From: Paramoeba atlantica
Lineage: Eukaryota; Protista; Discosea
Reading direction: 5' to 3'
NCBI GenBank assembly: GCA_977017575.1
Contig: CDRNVI010000020.1
Span: forward strand, 372,001 to 436,000
DNA length: 64,000 bases
Shown: one piece after another, positions 39,107 to 49,616 of the stretch
Layout of the letters: each line of letters opens with the position of its first letter
Numbering within the stretch: the stretch's first letter is position 1
Notes under the pieces: generated by a model
Database searches by the model: none
What the model was told of the DNA's origin: nothing
The model's input: only the letters and a program-made list of their open reading frames with translations
Program-made: the position numbers and the translations under genes

Positions 39107-41790
39107 ATGAGTACGAATATGATATCCTTAGTGTATTATCTGTGTTGCACAGCTGATGTGTCAAATGTCGATGCAACACGTAGACTTCCCAGTAGGGTGC
39201 GAGGAACGAATAACCACAAGAATATGAGCTCGCACGATTTGCCGCTGATATTGAGAACCCAGACCCATCGTGGAATACATCAACGCCAGCATGTGAGTGG
39301 AAAGGTGTGGATTGTGATGGACAACAAGTAACGAACATTATTTGGGAAACATTCGGCATATTTGGGAGTAATCGACTGAAAGGATCACTGCAATGGCGTT
39401 ACACATTACGCACGTTACACAAATTTAAAGCATCTTGCAACGATCTTACGGGAAAAGTACTGTTCGATATGTTGCCGGCTGAACTTGATGAGTTTGCCAT
39501 AAACTGTAACCAATTTTCAGGCTCTTTGGAATTCCACCATTTACCACAAAACATGGAGGAACTTATCCTGTGTAACAACTTTTTTCAGGGGAATATAGAT
39601 TTAACCTGCCTGGGGAATCATATTTTCCTCTTATTAATGTCGGACACCAATTTATCCGGTGAAATCGACCTCACCAGTCTACCGCGATCTATGATTAACA
39701 TAGATGAGAACATACATAGAAGCATGTATTCACATGCGGAAATGCGTATTAAGTGTGTCGAAGGTTTGTCACGTGCTATACCGATACACAGAGGCGTACT
39801 ACAAGGTGATACCCTGTCGCCCATAATTTTCAACTTAGTGATGGAAACTGTACTACGATACCTCAAGCAATCGTGCCCCCGGTATGGCCTTGACTACCCA
39901 GATACTCCAAGGCATTTCCTGAAAGCCTACGTTGACGACCTGACGATACTGACTAGCAGCGATACCGACATGCAGCACGCGACCAACACACTCGAAACTG
40001 CACTGAGACGAATAGGACTCTCAATCAACGTAGACAAGAGCCGTACACAGTGCATGTCCATGCGTGAAGGCAGTGAGCACCCGGGGTACATGACCAGGAA
40101 GCCGAGACTCAGTATCGAAGGCAAAGCGATACCACATATATGTGACCGTGGAAGCACTTTTCTTGGAATGACCATAGCACCAGGAGCACAGCAAGCGAAA
40201 GAACTTTTCAAAAAGCTGGATGTCAGACTAAGAACATGGCTTCGGAATGTCGACGAGAGTGCACACAGTCTCCCCGAAAAACTTTGGATCTACAACAGAG
40301 CGATCGTATCCCGTCTGCGCTACGCCCTCACCGTTCACCCGTGTGTCACTTTCAACTTTGTATTGCGATTGCAGAAAAGAATTACACGTCACCTTAAGAA
40401 ATGGATCAATGCAGCATCCACGACTTGCACCGAAATTCTTTATACTGAACGAGGGTGGAACCTTAAAAGTTTATCCAAGCTGTGGTCCGAATGCTCTATC
40501 CTAGCCTTAACACAGATGCACAAGTGGCGGGACCCATCGATACAGGCGGCACTACGAGCCCGAATCAAGCAAGAAGAAGAAAAACGATCCTCTGGTTATA
40601 TTCGTCCAAGCGCTGACGCCATTCAACACCTTCATGACGCGCGGAAGGCGCAACAGATAGCCCGTGATCACCATGAATCTTACGTCATAAATCAGCTTCA
40701 GAGACGGGCACCGACAGCAGCAAAATAGTGGAGCCTCCCCTCCGAGGCTGATCTCGCGAAAGAGTTCTCAGCGGCCCTGAACAACCTCAACAGTGAAAAA
40801 CTTTCTCGCTTCGCAGCTTCAGTACTAACGCTTTCACCCCTACCATCCAGAACCAATCTTCGGCTTTGGGGTCTCCGGCGTGCGAGTGTAACATGTCCCA
40901 TATGTAAACTCGAACCTCAAACAACAAGGCACGTGCTCTCGGGGTGCAAAGAGTCCCTTCAGCAAGGGAGATATACCCTCCGTCATGACATGTTACTTGA
41001 AGAGCTCGGAAAACACTTGCTGCGTTCGCCGTATACCAAGAGCGTACACCTAGATATCCCCGGATTTAGGAATGCCCCGGCATGGCTCGGCACCCGTGAG
41101 GACCTTCTTCGCCCCGACGGTTTGATTACACTTAAGGATGGAAGTGAGTTCATCATTGAGCTCACTGTGCCCTGGGAAGAGAACCAGTCTCAGGCGCACG
41201 AGGGCAAATCCCGTAAATATAATGCTCTCTTCCATGAACGACGCATTAATCACCCTAGGACGACCCTTGTTGTATTCGAAGTGGGAGCCCGCGGCTCGTT
41301 ACTCACATCTTGTCGAAACCTCAATCTCCTCTTTGACGAGGACACAAAGCTTGCGGAAAAATGTCGAGAAAGTCTAATGCAGACCGCCCTTCGAGGCAGT
41401 TTCATTATCTGGCAGAACCGCGAGTCTGCCGTTTGGACAGAAGGACGGGTATAACGTCTGTAAAAGATAGGTCTGGGCAGCGTCATATGCGCCCCCCAGG
41501 CCTATCCGCATATTCTCTGCCTTATAAAGGTATGATAAATTAAACTATCATACAACAAGTTTACAGGACCACTTAATTTACAACACTTACCTTTCGAACT
41601 TGATGCTCTCGACTGTTCTAATAATCAGTTTTCCGGATTGGTGCGATTTGATAACCTTCCACCACGATTGTCATGGTTTTGCCTTGACAATAACTCGGAG
41701 CTTTACGGTAATGTCAACGATTTCACTTTACCTGATAAACTGCAAGCCCTTAGCGTAGATGGTACGAAAATAATTCCGAAAGAGAAATGA
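39107..41790 (+). pseudogene. LRR pseudogene, frameshifted near 39210 and interrupted by retrotransposon A (39706-41544)
   Basis: SRVRG..PQEYELARF split by a frameshift. Removing the insert rejoins ..LPRSMINID|LSYNKFTG.. in frame to TGA 41788-41790. Confidence 0.8.
39706..41544 (+). mobile_element. RLE-type retrotransposon family A, 5'-truncated copy with intact 3' end
   Basis: YVDD, CPIC..TTRHVLSGC, QGRYTLRHD, LRPDG...IIELTVPWEEN...K..KY. Single in-frame TAG at 40726; 14 extra nt at the 5' junction; 3' UTR hairpin GATAGGTCTGGG/CCCAGGCCTATC; no poly(A) or TSD seen. Confidence 0.9.
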
Positions 41791-41959
41791 TTGAACTTTA
41801 TTTTCACTATGTACCCATCTGGATATGTTGTCAACAAATAGAGTTACACATGAGGGACTGTGGGTATGATCTCGCATGATCTCACGTGTTCTCATGTGAT
41901 CTCCCGTGATCTCGTCTTGGTCCTCACCCGCAGCCCCTCACATGTACATGTATCCGGAT

Positions 41960-42170
41960 TAAAATTCCTTTCAAAGTGCTCGAATGCGAGTCTAACCGCT
42001 CTGGTCTCGGCTTGATTCACCCCATACGCAAATTCTTCGTCCCATGTATCTCCAGCAATTGCTATTCTACCATAATCAATGTACAACACGCCCCCCAATC
42101 CTTTTGAGGTTGCGTCAGTGAACAGTGTGTGTCGATGCGGAACTATCCGGTCGAGTACGTGGCACACGCG
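41960..42170 (-). mobile_element. RNase H fragment of a DIRS/TATE/VIPER-type retroelement
   Basis: LFTDAT..GLGGVL...G.....G..W......N.AE.RAVRLA, the TDAS-type RNase H pattern. Confidence 0.55.
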
Positions 42171-42213
42171 GGCCCCGCCCAATCAAAGAGTCTCCTCATT
42201 TAGTGAGTATTAC

Positions 42214-42561
42214 TCGTGCCGACCTTGACATACATGTATGAACGAGATCATCTCGTATAGCCGGAAAGAGGCAGCGGCGCCATCCCACACGCTAAGGGTG
42301 GCGGAGGCCCATAAACGGCGCTCTCATGAAGAGATGGCGGCCGTCGGGGAGATGGACTTTTACCCCCTGGCCTTCACCGCCTACGGGGTACCTGTCCCAG
42401 ACACCTTGAGCTTTCTTAACAAGGTGGCCAGGGCCTACGCGTCCGACAGAAACGGATGTCTGTCGCACCTTCTGATGGCTACTGGGGTGGCCATTCAGAA
42501 GGGCAACTCCCAGATCGTTCAGGCGGCGGTACAGGAATGGTACCGCCGCGGGGTACGTTAG
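42214..42561 (+). mobile_element. CRE/SLACS-clade retrotransposon C-terminal (RLE) fragment
   Basis: RADLDI (frameshifted), AE..K..., FYPLAFTAYG....TLSFL.KVA, GVAIQKGNS, matching the CRE-type F.P..F...G / VA+QRGN motif. Confidence 0.6.
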
Positions 42562-42667
42562 TTGGGCGTTGGGGGGGGGATATAAGCTCCCCCCCAACGC
42601 CCTTAGTTGGGGGGGGGATATATCGAGGGTAGAGCGGTAGTTATACAACCACCGCACTTTTCTTTTT

Positions 42668-42766
42668 TAGGCTCTTCGTTAAACGCGGTGGTTGTTTTCA
42701 ACTTAGAAGTCACTCATGCTGCGCGCTTCGCGTTGAAAACTAACACCGCGTTTAACGAAGAGCCTA
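42668..42766. mobile_element. Palindromic ~100-bp MITE (TA|GGCTCTTCG...CGAAGAGCC|TA); other copies 45471-45571 and partial 32226-32309
   Basis: ~36-bp inverted arms around a ~29-bp spacer; opposite orientations at 42.7 and 45.5 kb. Confidence 0.8.
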
Positions 42767-43239
42767 AAAAAGAAATTCGGCCTGGAAAGCTAAAGAAAAC
42801 ACAAAGATTACGAACCATGCGCTCCACCCGGAAAAATGGTGTCGGATTTTTCCAGAAAAAAGGAAATCTATCGTGGTCGCAAGCGCGATGGGGTTTGCAC
42901 AAGGACAAACATGTCGAGATGCAAGAAAAATTAACGAACTCCTCCTTGGCGAACTGGGCGGGATGAAAGCCAGCGTGGACATGCGCCTGCTGCAGCAAAA
43001 GCGAATATACATCGTTTCAAAAACTTTCCCATAAAGCTTCTAATGGTAGATCGTCCCGACACGTATTCACTACAGCGTAGCATACAGCGTATGTTGACTA
43101 TGTGCAAGAAGAACACGGAAGCAAACATTGTGCCCTGCATGTTTGGAGATTAGATGATTGATTTTTAGCTAGAATAATAGAAAACCAGCGCCGTGAAGTG
43201 GTGCATTTCTTTTCTTTTTCCTTTTTTAAAAACAATTGT

Positions 43240-43341
43240 TTCGCGGATTTTTCAAAAAATCAGCCCCCCCTTTATACTTCCGAAAGTCAGGTTCCTCCCT
43301 TTATACTTCCAAAAGTACCGAAACCGGCGGAAGTATAAAGG
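43240..43341. mobile_element. MITE right end with CCCTTTATACTTCC subterminal repeats
   Basis: Two direct copies plus an inverted GGAAGTATAAAGGGGG...GACAG|TA terminus. Confidence 0.55.
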
Positions 43342-43819
43342 GGGGGGGGGGGGTGACAGTACTTCTATAGTAAACCACCGGATCCCCCCTTTATATTTTT
43401 TTCTTTAGTAAACCACATACCCGTTTAACATACCTATACCTTGGATAACATACCGGTGGGTATGTTATTCTGGCCCACGACACTTAACATACCCCCCCCC
43501 CTCGTCCCACGGCTTTTATTGTGCAACTGTACCAAAATCCAACCGTAATATCACTTACGTTTTTAACAAGATGTTTCCTGTATGCGTTTTTAAACGTATT
43601 TTGATAACATCTTAGCATTTAGTACTACGCGCGGTATATCTTTAGATACAGGTTCTAACAGTGAAAGTGATTTTCTTCTCTTTCCTATTTCATTACCAGT
43701 CTACTTAACATACCTATATTTGTTTATTCAAGCACTTAGATTGCAGAGATTTGTCTCACATTGTCCTTACCCGCATACGACGGGTGGATCACGTGAGGAT
43801 TTGCCCTCGCTGGAGGAGA

Positions 43820-43990
43820 ATGGGTGCAGAGAGCTGACGTCCCAGGTGCAGAGAGCTCGGTTGTCATGTGCAGGTGCAGAGAGCCGGATGCGTAATCCCC
43901 ATATTACAGTTTCGGGGGCAATCCGGGTGCAGAGAGCTGCGACAGAGCCGAGGTGCGGAGAGCTGGGCGACCGTCACGTGCGGAGAGCCG
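43820..43990. repeat. GTGC(A/G)GAGAGC motif x6, irregularly spaced
   Basis: Seen directly, immediately 3' (on the minus strand) of the SL-headed body. Confidence 0.8.
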
Positions 43991-44009
43991 TAAACGCGGG
44001 CAGCGAGGG

Positions 44010-44300
44010 ACGCGTCTAGTGGTCCTCAAGTGAGGCCACCGTGACGCCTAGCCCTCTCGGAGAGGTACGGGTCGGGAGGAAAGAATCCGAGAGGGAGAAG
44101 AATTCACTCCAGGGGAGTGAGTCGGGGAGGGGCGAAGGGATGAAGGCGCGTCCCCTTCTTCAGCGATAAAGGGGGACAGTTCCAGCCTTAGCGCCGACCG
44201 GCAACGGGCATGAAAATACAGCAAGAGTATGCCCATTGCGGGGGAAAGAAAGGATGAACTAAGGTTAAGTACCAACAAGGTACAGAAACTGTATGTTTAA
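44010..44300 (-). ncRNA. SL-headed structured unit (SL RNA-like gene), copy 2, with GT donor
   Basis: Minus strand reads TTAAACATACAGTTTCTGTACCTTGTTG|GTAC (26/28 match to the SL fragment, GT at 44272-44271), followed by the body homologous to 28902-29160. Confidence 0.6.
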
Positions 44301-44701
44301 CATACCTATACCTTGATAACATACCGGGGGGTATGTTAAATGGGTATGTGGTTTATACTGTATTACACTAGAAAATGAAAAACTGAAAAACGGGGCCGCT
44401 TCGCTTTCGAAGCTCGGGGCCCTTTCTTGCACTCGTCCTCTACGAAGGCCTCTACTGTTTTTATATTCTCGAAAAGAAACTCCATATTGCCGAGCTTGCC
44501 TGAACACCAACGAGTAACACCACCTTAGGAGTTATTATGCCACGCTTTGATCGAGCGATTTCCATTGCGTTCAAAAGCTAAGGTCCCCATTTGGAAAAAA
44601 TCCGATGTTTTGCATCAAAATCTGAAGCAGTCACTCCACTAAGTTCATCCTGAATTTTGGATGCGGGACCCATGGACCCGCAAAAGGTATGTATATTAAA
44701 A

Positions 44702-45300
44702 ATTGCGGTGGTTGTATAACTACCGCTCTACTCTCGATTATTGAAAAAAAAGTGAACAAAAACAGTGAAAATATAAAGAGGAAAACAGTAATATAATATA
44801 GGAAAAAAATATAAAAGGGGGCTCGGTGGTCCAAAATTGAAAAAAATGGGGGGTCCAGGGGGGGGGGTCATGGTCGAGCAATTTTTTTCGAAAAAATTAT
44901 TTTTCGAAAAAAAACCGCAGAATGGGTAGCCGGAGTCTTGGCGCGCATTTTCCACCCCCCTACCCGGGGGTGACCCCCCCCCCCGCGTATCCGCAGGACG
45001 GGTCCGCCAAGTTCGGATTTTTTCGGAAAAAAAAATTGAAAAAAAATTCAACTTGGCGAAAAAAATGGTAAAAAAAATATTTTTCCAAAATCGTTTCCCC
45101 TATTGTATTTTGAGAGTTTGGGACCTATACTAGCCTTCTACACCGTCGTTTTCGGCAGATACCCCTTCTTCTAGCCGTGGCACGCATCCCAAAATGGCCC
45201 ATTTTTGACCAAAAAAGTGCGAAAAAGTAATTTTCGGACCCAAAGGGATCTTTTTATGTCGAAAGAATGGTATGGTTGGAGTCGCATTCTCTACCCAATA
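44702..45300. repeat. Dispersed repeat family X
   Basis: Matches 941-1275 and 31773-32220; its start is also inverted at 42620-42660. Confidence 0.7.
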
Positions 45301-45652
45301 CGTTCAGTAGGCTTTCGTTCACGCCTACGAGTGCTTTCCCGCACGCAAATGTCGGATTTAGCCCTCTGAGAGCAAAAATACGCAAAAATCACCCCATTTT
45401 TGCCCGAAAATCGGCTAATTTTGGCTGTAATCTTTGTGTTTTCTTTAGCTTTCCAGGCCGAATTTCTTTTTTAGGCTCTTCGTTAAACGCGGTGGTAGTT
45501 TTCAACGCGAAGCTCGCAGCATGAGTGACTTCTAAGTTGAAAACAACCACCGCGTTTAACGAAGAGCCTAAATAGGTTAATAAAATACTTTTAACTACTT
45601 TTTTGAAAGTTTTAAACTTTCCGTAAACTCTGAATTTTTTCGTCTCCTTTAC

Positions 45653-47116
45653 ATGAAATCTCTCTTCCTTACCCCACGTCGTCTCTTTGCATCCTTTGCT
45701 GTTCTCCCCCTCACCCATACCGAGGCGGTTCAACGCTACCAAACCCCAAAAGCCCACTGTTCGAATTTCCGTGCCTTCACGGAGGCCATTGTACCATTAT
45801 TAGAACACCTCGAGGACCACCTCGGGCGTTGGCGCCAATCCCGCTGGATGTTTCGACTCTCCCCTAGCCTGATGAGCGAGCAGGAGGAGAGGGAACCGTG
45901 GCTAGAGCAGCTGGACATGCTACGTGAGTCGTGGGCCGCGCACACCGCTCGCAGAGAGAGATCATTGGATGATGTGAAGCTGCTGAATCAGAGCTTAGGA
46001 TTATTCCCGGCAAAAGGTCGAGAAGAATTTTCACAAATGGGGAGAGAAGAAATTCAGGAAAAACTCACAGAACTGCGGTGGAATGGGGAGGTGGATATGG
46101 CAAGACAAGTTAAAGCAGCATGGACCCGTTTAGAAGCATCCGGAGCAGATGATGCGTTTTTACTTGACCGACTGTGTTGTTTGTATGGTTTGATTCGCAT
46201 GAATTCGTTTAATGAGGCGTTCCGGAATGTGATTCGCCGTGAGGAGTCGAGTGGAGAGGTGATATGGGACCGAAGTAATCCATTTCGGTCAGCCGCAGAG
46301 TTTTTGTTGACGAATCTTCCGGAAATGGATATTTATTATGCTTTTCTGGGGTATGAACCTAAGTCGGGGGAAACTGGCGGGGGATATGCCCGAGCTCTGG
46401 CTCGGTATCTCCGGTTGAACCTCCGGTCGAAATATAACACCACGCTGAGGAAAGGAGTGGCGGATGGGGCAGGAAATGAGAGTGGAAATGGTTCAGAAGT
46501 TACTAATACCTCGGAAAGTCGGCCTTTCACGCTTTTCTCGGTGGACATCGATTCCCCAACGGACGGGATATTGTTCCAAAACGCGCGTGAAGTGTTGTAT
46601 GCAACTCCCAGCCCCTCGACGCGTTACAGTCCCTCCCTTACACGTTTTCTCCACATTGTACAAAAAGATACAGAAGCTGGGAGCGCTTCTTTACCAAACG
46701 GTAGCCCTGATTTCTCCGTCTCTTCCACTTCACCATTACCTCCACCTCCAAAATATCTTCCCGAAGCCTCTCGAGATCTTCAGTTTCTTGCCACACTGGT
46801 TCTTATCGCTTCCCCGAACCCCTATGAGCGCCAAGTGCAAATTCCCCAGCTCCGAGAGCGGGAGGGGATTGCGCGGCGAGTGTCTCATCTCATGGGGTGT
46901 TCCCCGGAGAATGTCCACCTTCGTGTGTTGTTCCTCCCCCCACGATATCTTGATAAGACCTCGTTGGATCAAATCCACGAGATGATCGGGGGTCGGATCT
47001 TCGCACCGGAGTTTCAACAGTTTCAGGGGCAGTACGATCGGGAGCTGGAGGACACGGATGTCGATTACCGTGAACAGCGGAGAGCGCTGCCCCAGGAGGA
47101 TTGGATCTGTTTATAA
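45653..47116 (+). CDS. Hypothetical protein, possible mitochondrial presequence
   Basis: 487-aa clean ORF; MKSLFLTPRRLFAS start; family not recognised. Confidence 0.65.
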   Translation: MKSLFLTPRRLFASFAVLPLTHTEAVQRYQTPKAHCSNFRAFTEAIVPLLEHLEDHLGRWRQSRWMFRLSPSLMSEQEEREPWLEQLDMLRESWAAHTARRERSLDDVKLLNQSLGLFPAKGREEFSQMGREEIQEKLTELRWNGEVDMARQVKAAWTRLEASGADDAFLLDRLCCLYGLIRMNSFNEAFRNVIRREESSGEVIWDRSNPFRSAAEFLLTNLPEMDIYYAFLGYEPKSGETGGGYARALARYLRLNLRSKYNTTLRKGVADGAGNESGNGSEVTNTSESRPFTLFSVDIDSPTDGILFQNAREVLYATPSPSTRYSPSLTRFLHIVQKDTEAGSASLPNGSPDFSVSSTSPLPPPPKYLPEASRDLQFLATLVLIASPNPYERQVQIPQLREREGIARRVSHLMGCSPENVHLRVLFLPPRYLDKTSLDQIHEMIGGRIFAPEFQQFQGQYDRELEDTDVDYREQRRALPQEDWICL

Positions 47117-47433
47117 AGAGCAATCAAGGGCAGGAGGTCGTGTCCAAGGGTACAGAAGATACGGCGTAGTGCAGTTCGGTCTTCCATACGATGTAAGCTG
47201 GTTGAAAATGGGAAGAACTATTGTTAACCGTCGTTAAGAAACTATTGTTAACACGAAACTATTGCAACTAAAGTAGTGAAACCGTTCACTTTGAGTTGTA
47301 AAGGTTGCGAGCTACTTTTCTTTCTGGAATACGGTTAAACTGAACCAATATTCGCAAATTTATGAATTTTCAAAATTTTACGTCCCTTTTTGCTTACACT
47401 TTAAACTTTTCTCCACTTAAACTTGATTACTTC

Positions 47434-48398
47434 TTACAAATGGAGGCATACGCAGTGCTCCTTCAAACTTCCGGTGCATACCTCTGCGTATGCTTGTATT
47501 CGATCCCCCCTCTTTTCCAACTTCCGGCCTAGAACATTGCCGTCCCGCTTTAGTCGCTTCTTAACCATGGAGTTAGCGCACTCCACAGTATTAGTGTGCA
47601 CACCATCATTCGTAACCCACTGTCTCTTGTGGTTTACACTTTCCCACTTATATTTGCCGCGGAGAGACAAATTATGGCGGGCAACATCGGTCCAAATTTT
47701 TGTACGATTCCCCGAAGCTAGAGTCTGGATGTTCGGAAGAAGACTCTGAGATGCTCGATTTGGAACAGATTCCATGAGAATTTCAGATAATGTGTTGTCC
47801 CTCGTCGTGACCGCTATCGTCTGAGCAATTTGATTATCATCTTGGTGAACACGTTTTGCTCGATGGCAGCCGCCCCTCTTTCGGACAGAAAAAAAAAGTT
47901 TCATCGTATTGCATTGTGGTCACCTTGGATCGCAGTCGAACTCGTCGGCGTACATGCGCTGTGGCCATGAGGGAATCCAGCCATTGACGCAATTTGATCA
48001 CCGTTTTTTCGCTTAACTCCGTTTCCGCCACTGAAGATGCATGGCGCCCACCCCTAGAGTACAAAACGATGTACAGGAGAGTCTGTTCAGCGCTTCGCTG
48101 GCTCTTGCTGGGCAACAGCGGCCCCATAGGTCCGTACCTCCCTTTACATTGCTTGGTGCAGACCCATTTATTCCCCACTAATGCCATGGTGTGCGGAGCT
48201 CGGTGATTTTTTTTGTACCAAATAACTTTCTGCGCCACTAGAGTGGTTTTTCATCCAGTCCAGACATTGATTCTCACTCCAGGAAGAAATTCTTCTGATC
48301 GTAAGTTTCGAACGGCACGAGAACCCACCGCACCCAGTGCACGTCATTAAAAGGTGAAAAGAGCAATAAACAAGTACTAATGAATTTAAAAAATACAA
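47434..48398 (-). mobile_element. Merlin/IS1595-family transposase, frameshifted
   Basis: QYDETFFS.RK.G, VPNR....L...I, IWTD, VNH...V..DGVHTNTVE..NS..K; N-terminal W.C...C; frameshifts near 48240 and in the A9 run at ~47890. Confidence 0.8.
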
Positions 48399-48525
48399 TG
48401 CTTATATAAAATTAATGTGCAGAACCATGATTCATAATAAGAGGGGTGGTCTGGGCTCGGTGCGAGCGGGTGCGTCCGGGTGCGGTAGGGTGCGGCACAA
48501 AGTACAGTGGTTTCAAGGTATCTCC

Positions 48526-48856
48526 CCCCCCCGCGGAATTTTGAGTTTTTTTATCTGTTTTTGCTCATTTTCGCAGCACTGGATAGATCTCGTTTCTCTG
48601 GTGAAGCGCTTTGCTGCCCTTTTTTTGTAGGGGCCCCCTGGGTCCAAAACACATGGTTTTGGGCTTCCTTCCAAGGTTCGTATTTATCAAAAATCTTGTT
48701 TTGGCTGTTTTTCGGGTCACCATATGAGCACTATGGGGTCTCTATGAAAAAAAGGTGCCAAAGCGCTTCACTAGGGGAACGAGATCTCTCGTTTGTAAAA
48801 ATGAGAAAAAGCTGACAAAAAACTCAAAATTCCGCGGGGGGGGGGGGGGGGGGGGG
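48526..48856. mobile_element. MITE with CCCCCCCCGCGGAATTTTGAGTTTTTT inverted ends
   Basis: 48526-48553 is the reverse complement of 48817-48845. Confidence 0.7.
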
Positions 48857-49616
48857 AATTCAATTGAAACCAAAGTAGAATACAGTGCCCCGAAAACTAT
48901 CACCCCTAGATATTCAGTACCTCAGGAGTTGAGCAATTTTATGATGGGATTGAACGAAGAACGTACAATACTTTTACGAATAATAGATGAGAATACTCTC
49001 CCCTCCATAAGGAATTATATGTATAAATTATAAGTTTTTTGAATTTATAATTCTTTTTTGACGATGATGATGCTGTCATAGGTAAAGACCCCACAAACGG
49101 GGTGTATCCTCCTCGGAGAGAGCCGAGGTAGCTCCAACCTATACGGCTCGCGCGCAGACCTAAAAAGGATTGCAGCGCAGAGCCGATGAAAGGTCTCTTA
49201 ATCCAGCTAACGCGCAGACTTAAAGTCCGCTGCGGGAAGCTGTATTAGCTAGGAGGGTTGGGTTCGCCACGCCCCGACACTGCCAAAAGCAGTGTTCCTT
49301 GACCCCTTGCCTTCTTGCCGGCATAGTTCGGGAGTGTCGAGAGCATGTGGTGGTATAGGCAACGGCAGAGGTGGCGGCAGAGGCGAAGGAGGGTGGGATT
49401 GTTGCGTGATAGGGGGGCTCGGCGTGCGCGGCGGCGGGGAACTGAAACTTGCTGTGTTGGTCCTACTGTCTCTGCATACCAGTCCACCCTTACTGTATCT
49501 TGTGTTCATTCGTTTCCAACGCTGGTGATATTTCGAGTATCTTCGCTTGAACTTCGTCATTTGTCATGGGTGTACTTCGGAGTGTCTCGGCTGGGGTAGT
49601 AATCTCCTTAACCCTC

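Noticed and set aside
36181-39359. Numerous overlapping/antisense ORFs (also in 4667-11139 and 18996-19965)
   Set aside because: They are shadows of stop-poor, compositionally skewed coding regions and have no recognisable motifs.
39307-40728. Functional LRR-reverse transcriptase fusion protein
   Set aside because: It is an in-frame by-product of a 5'-truncated insertion. The LRR N-terminus is frameshifted, the RT lacks its first domains and a TAG precedes the endonuclease.
25388-41544. Family A as a strictly SL-site-specific element
   Set aside because: The copy with an intact 3' end (41544) joins LRR sequence, not SL. Only a looser association is supported.
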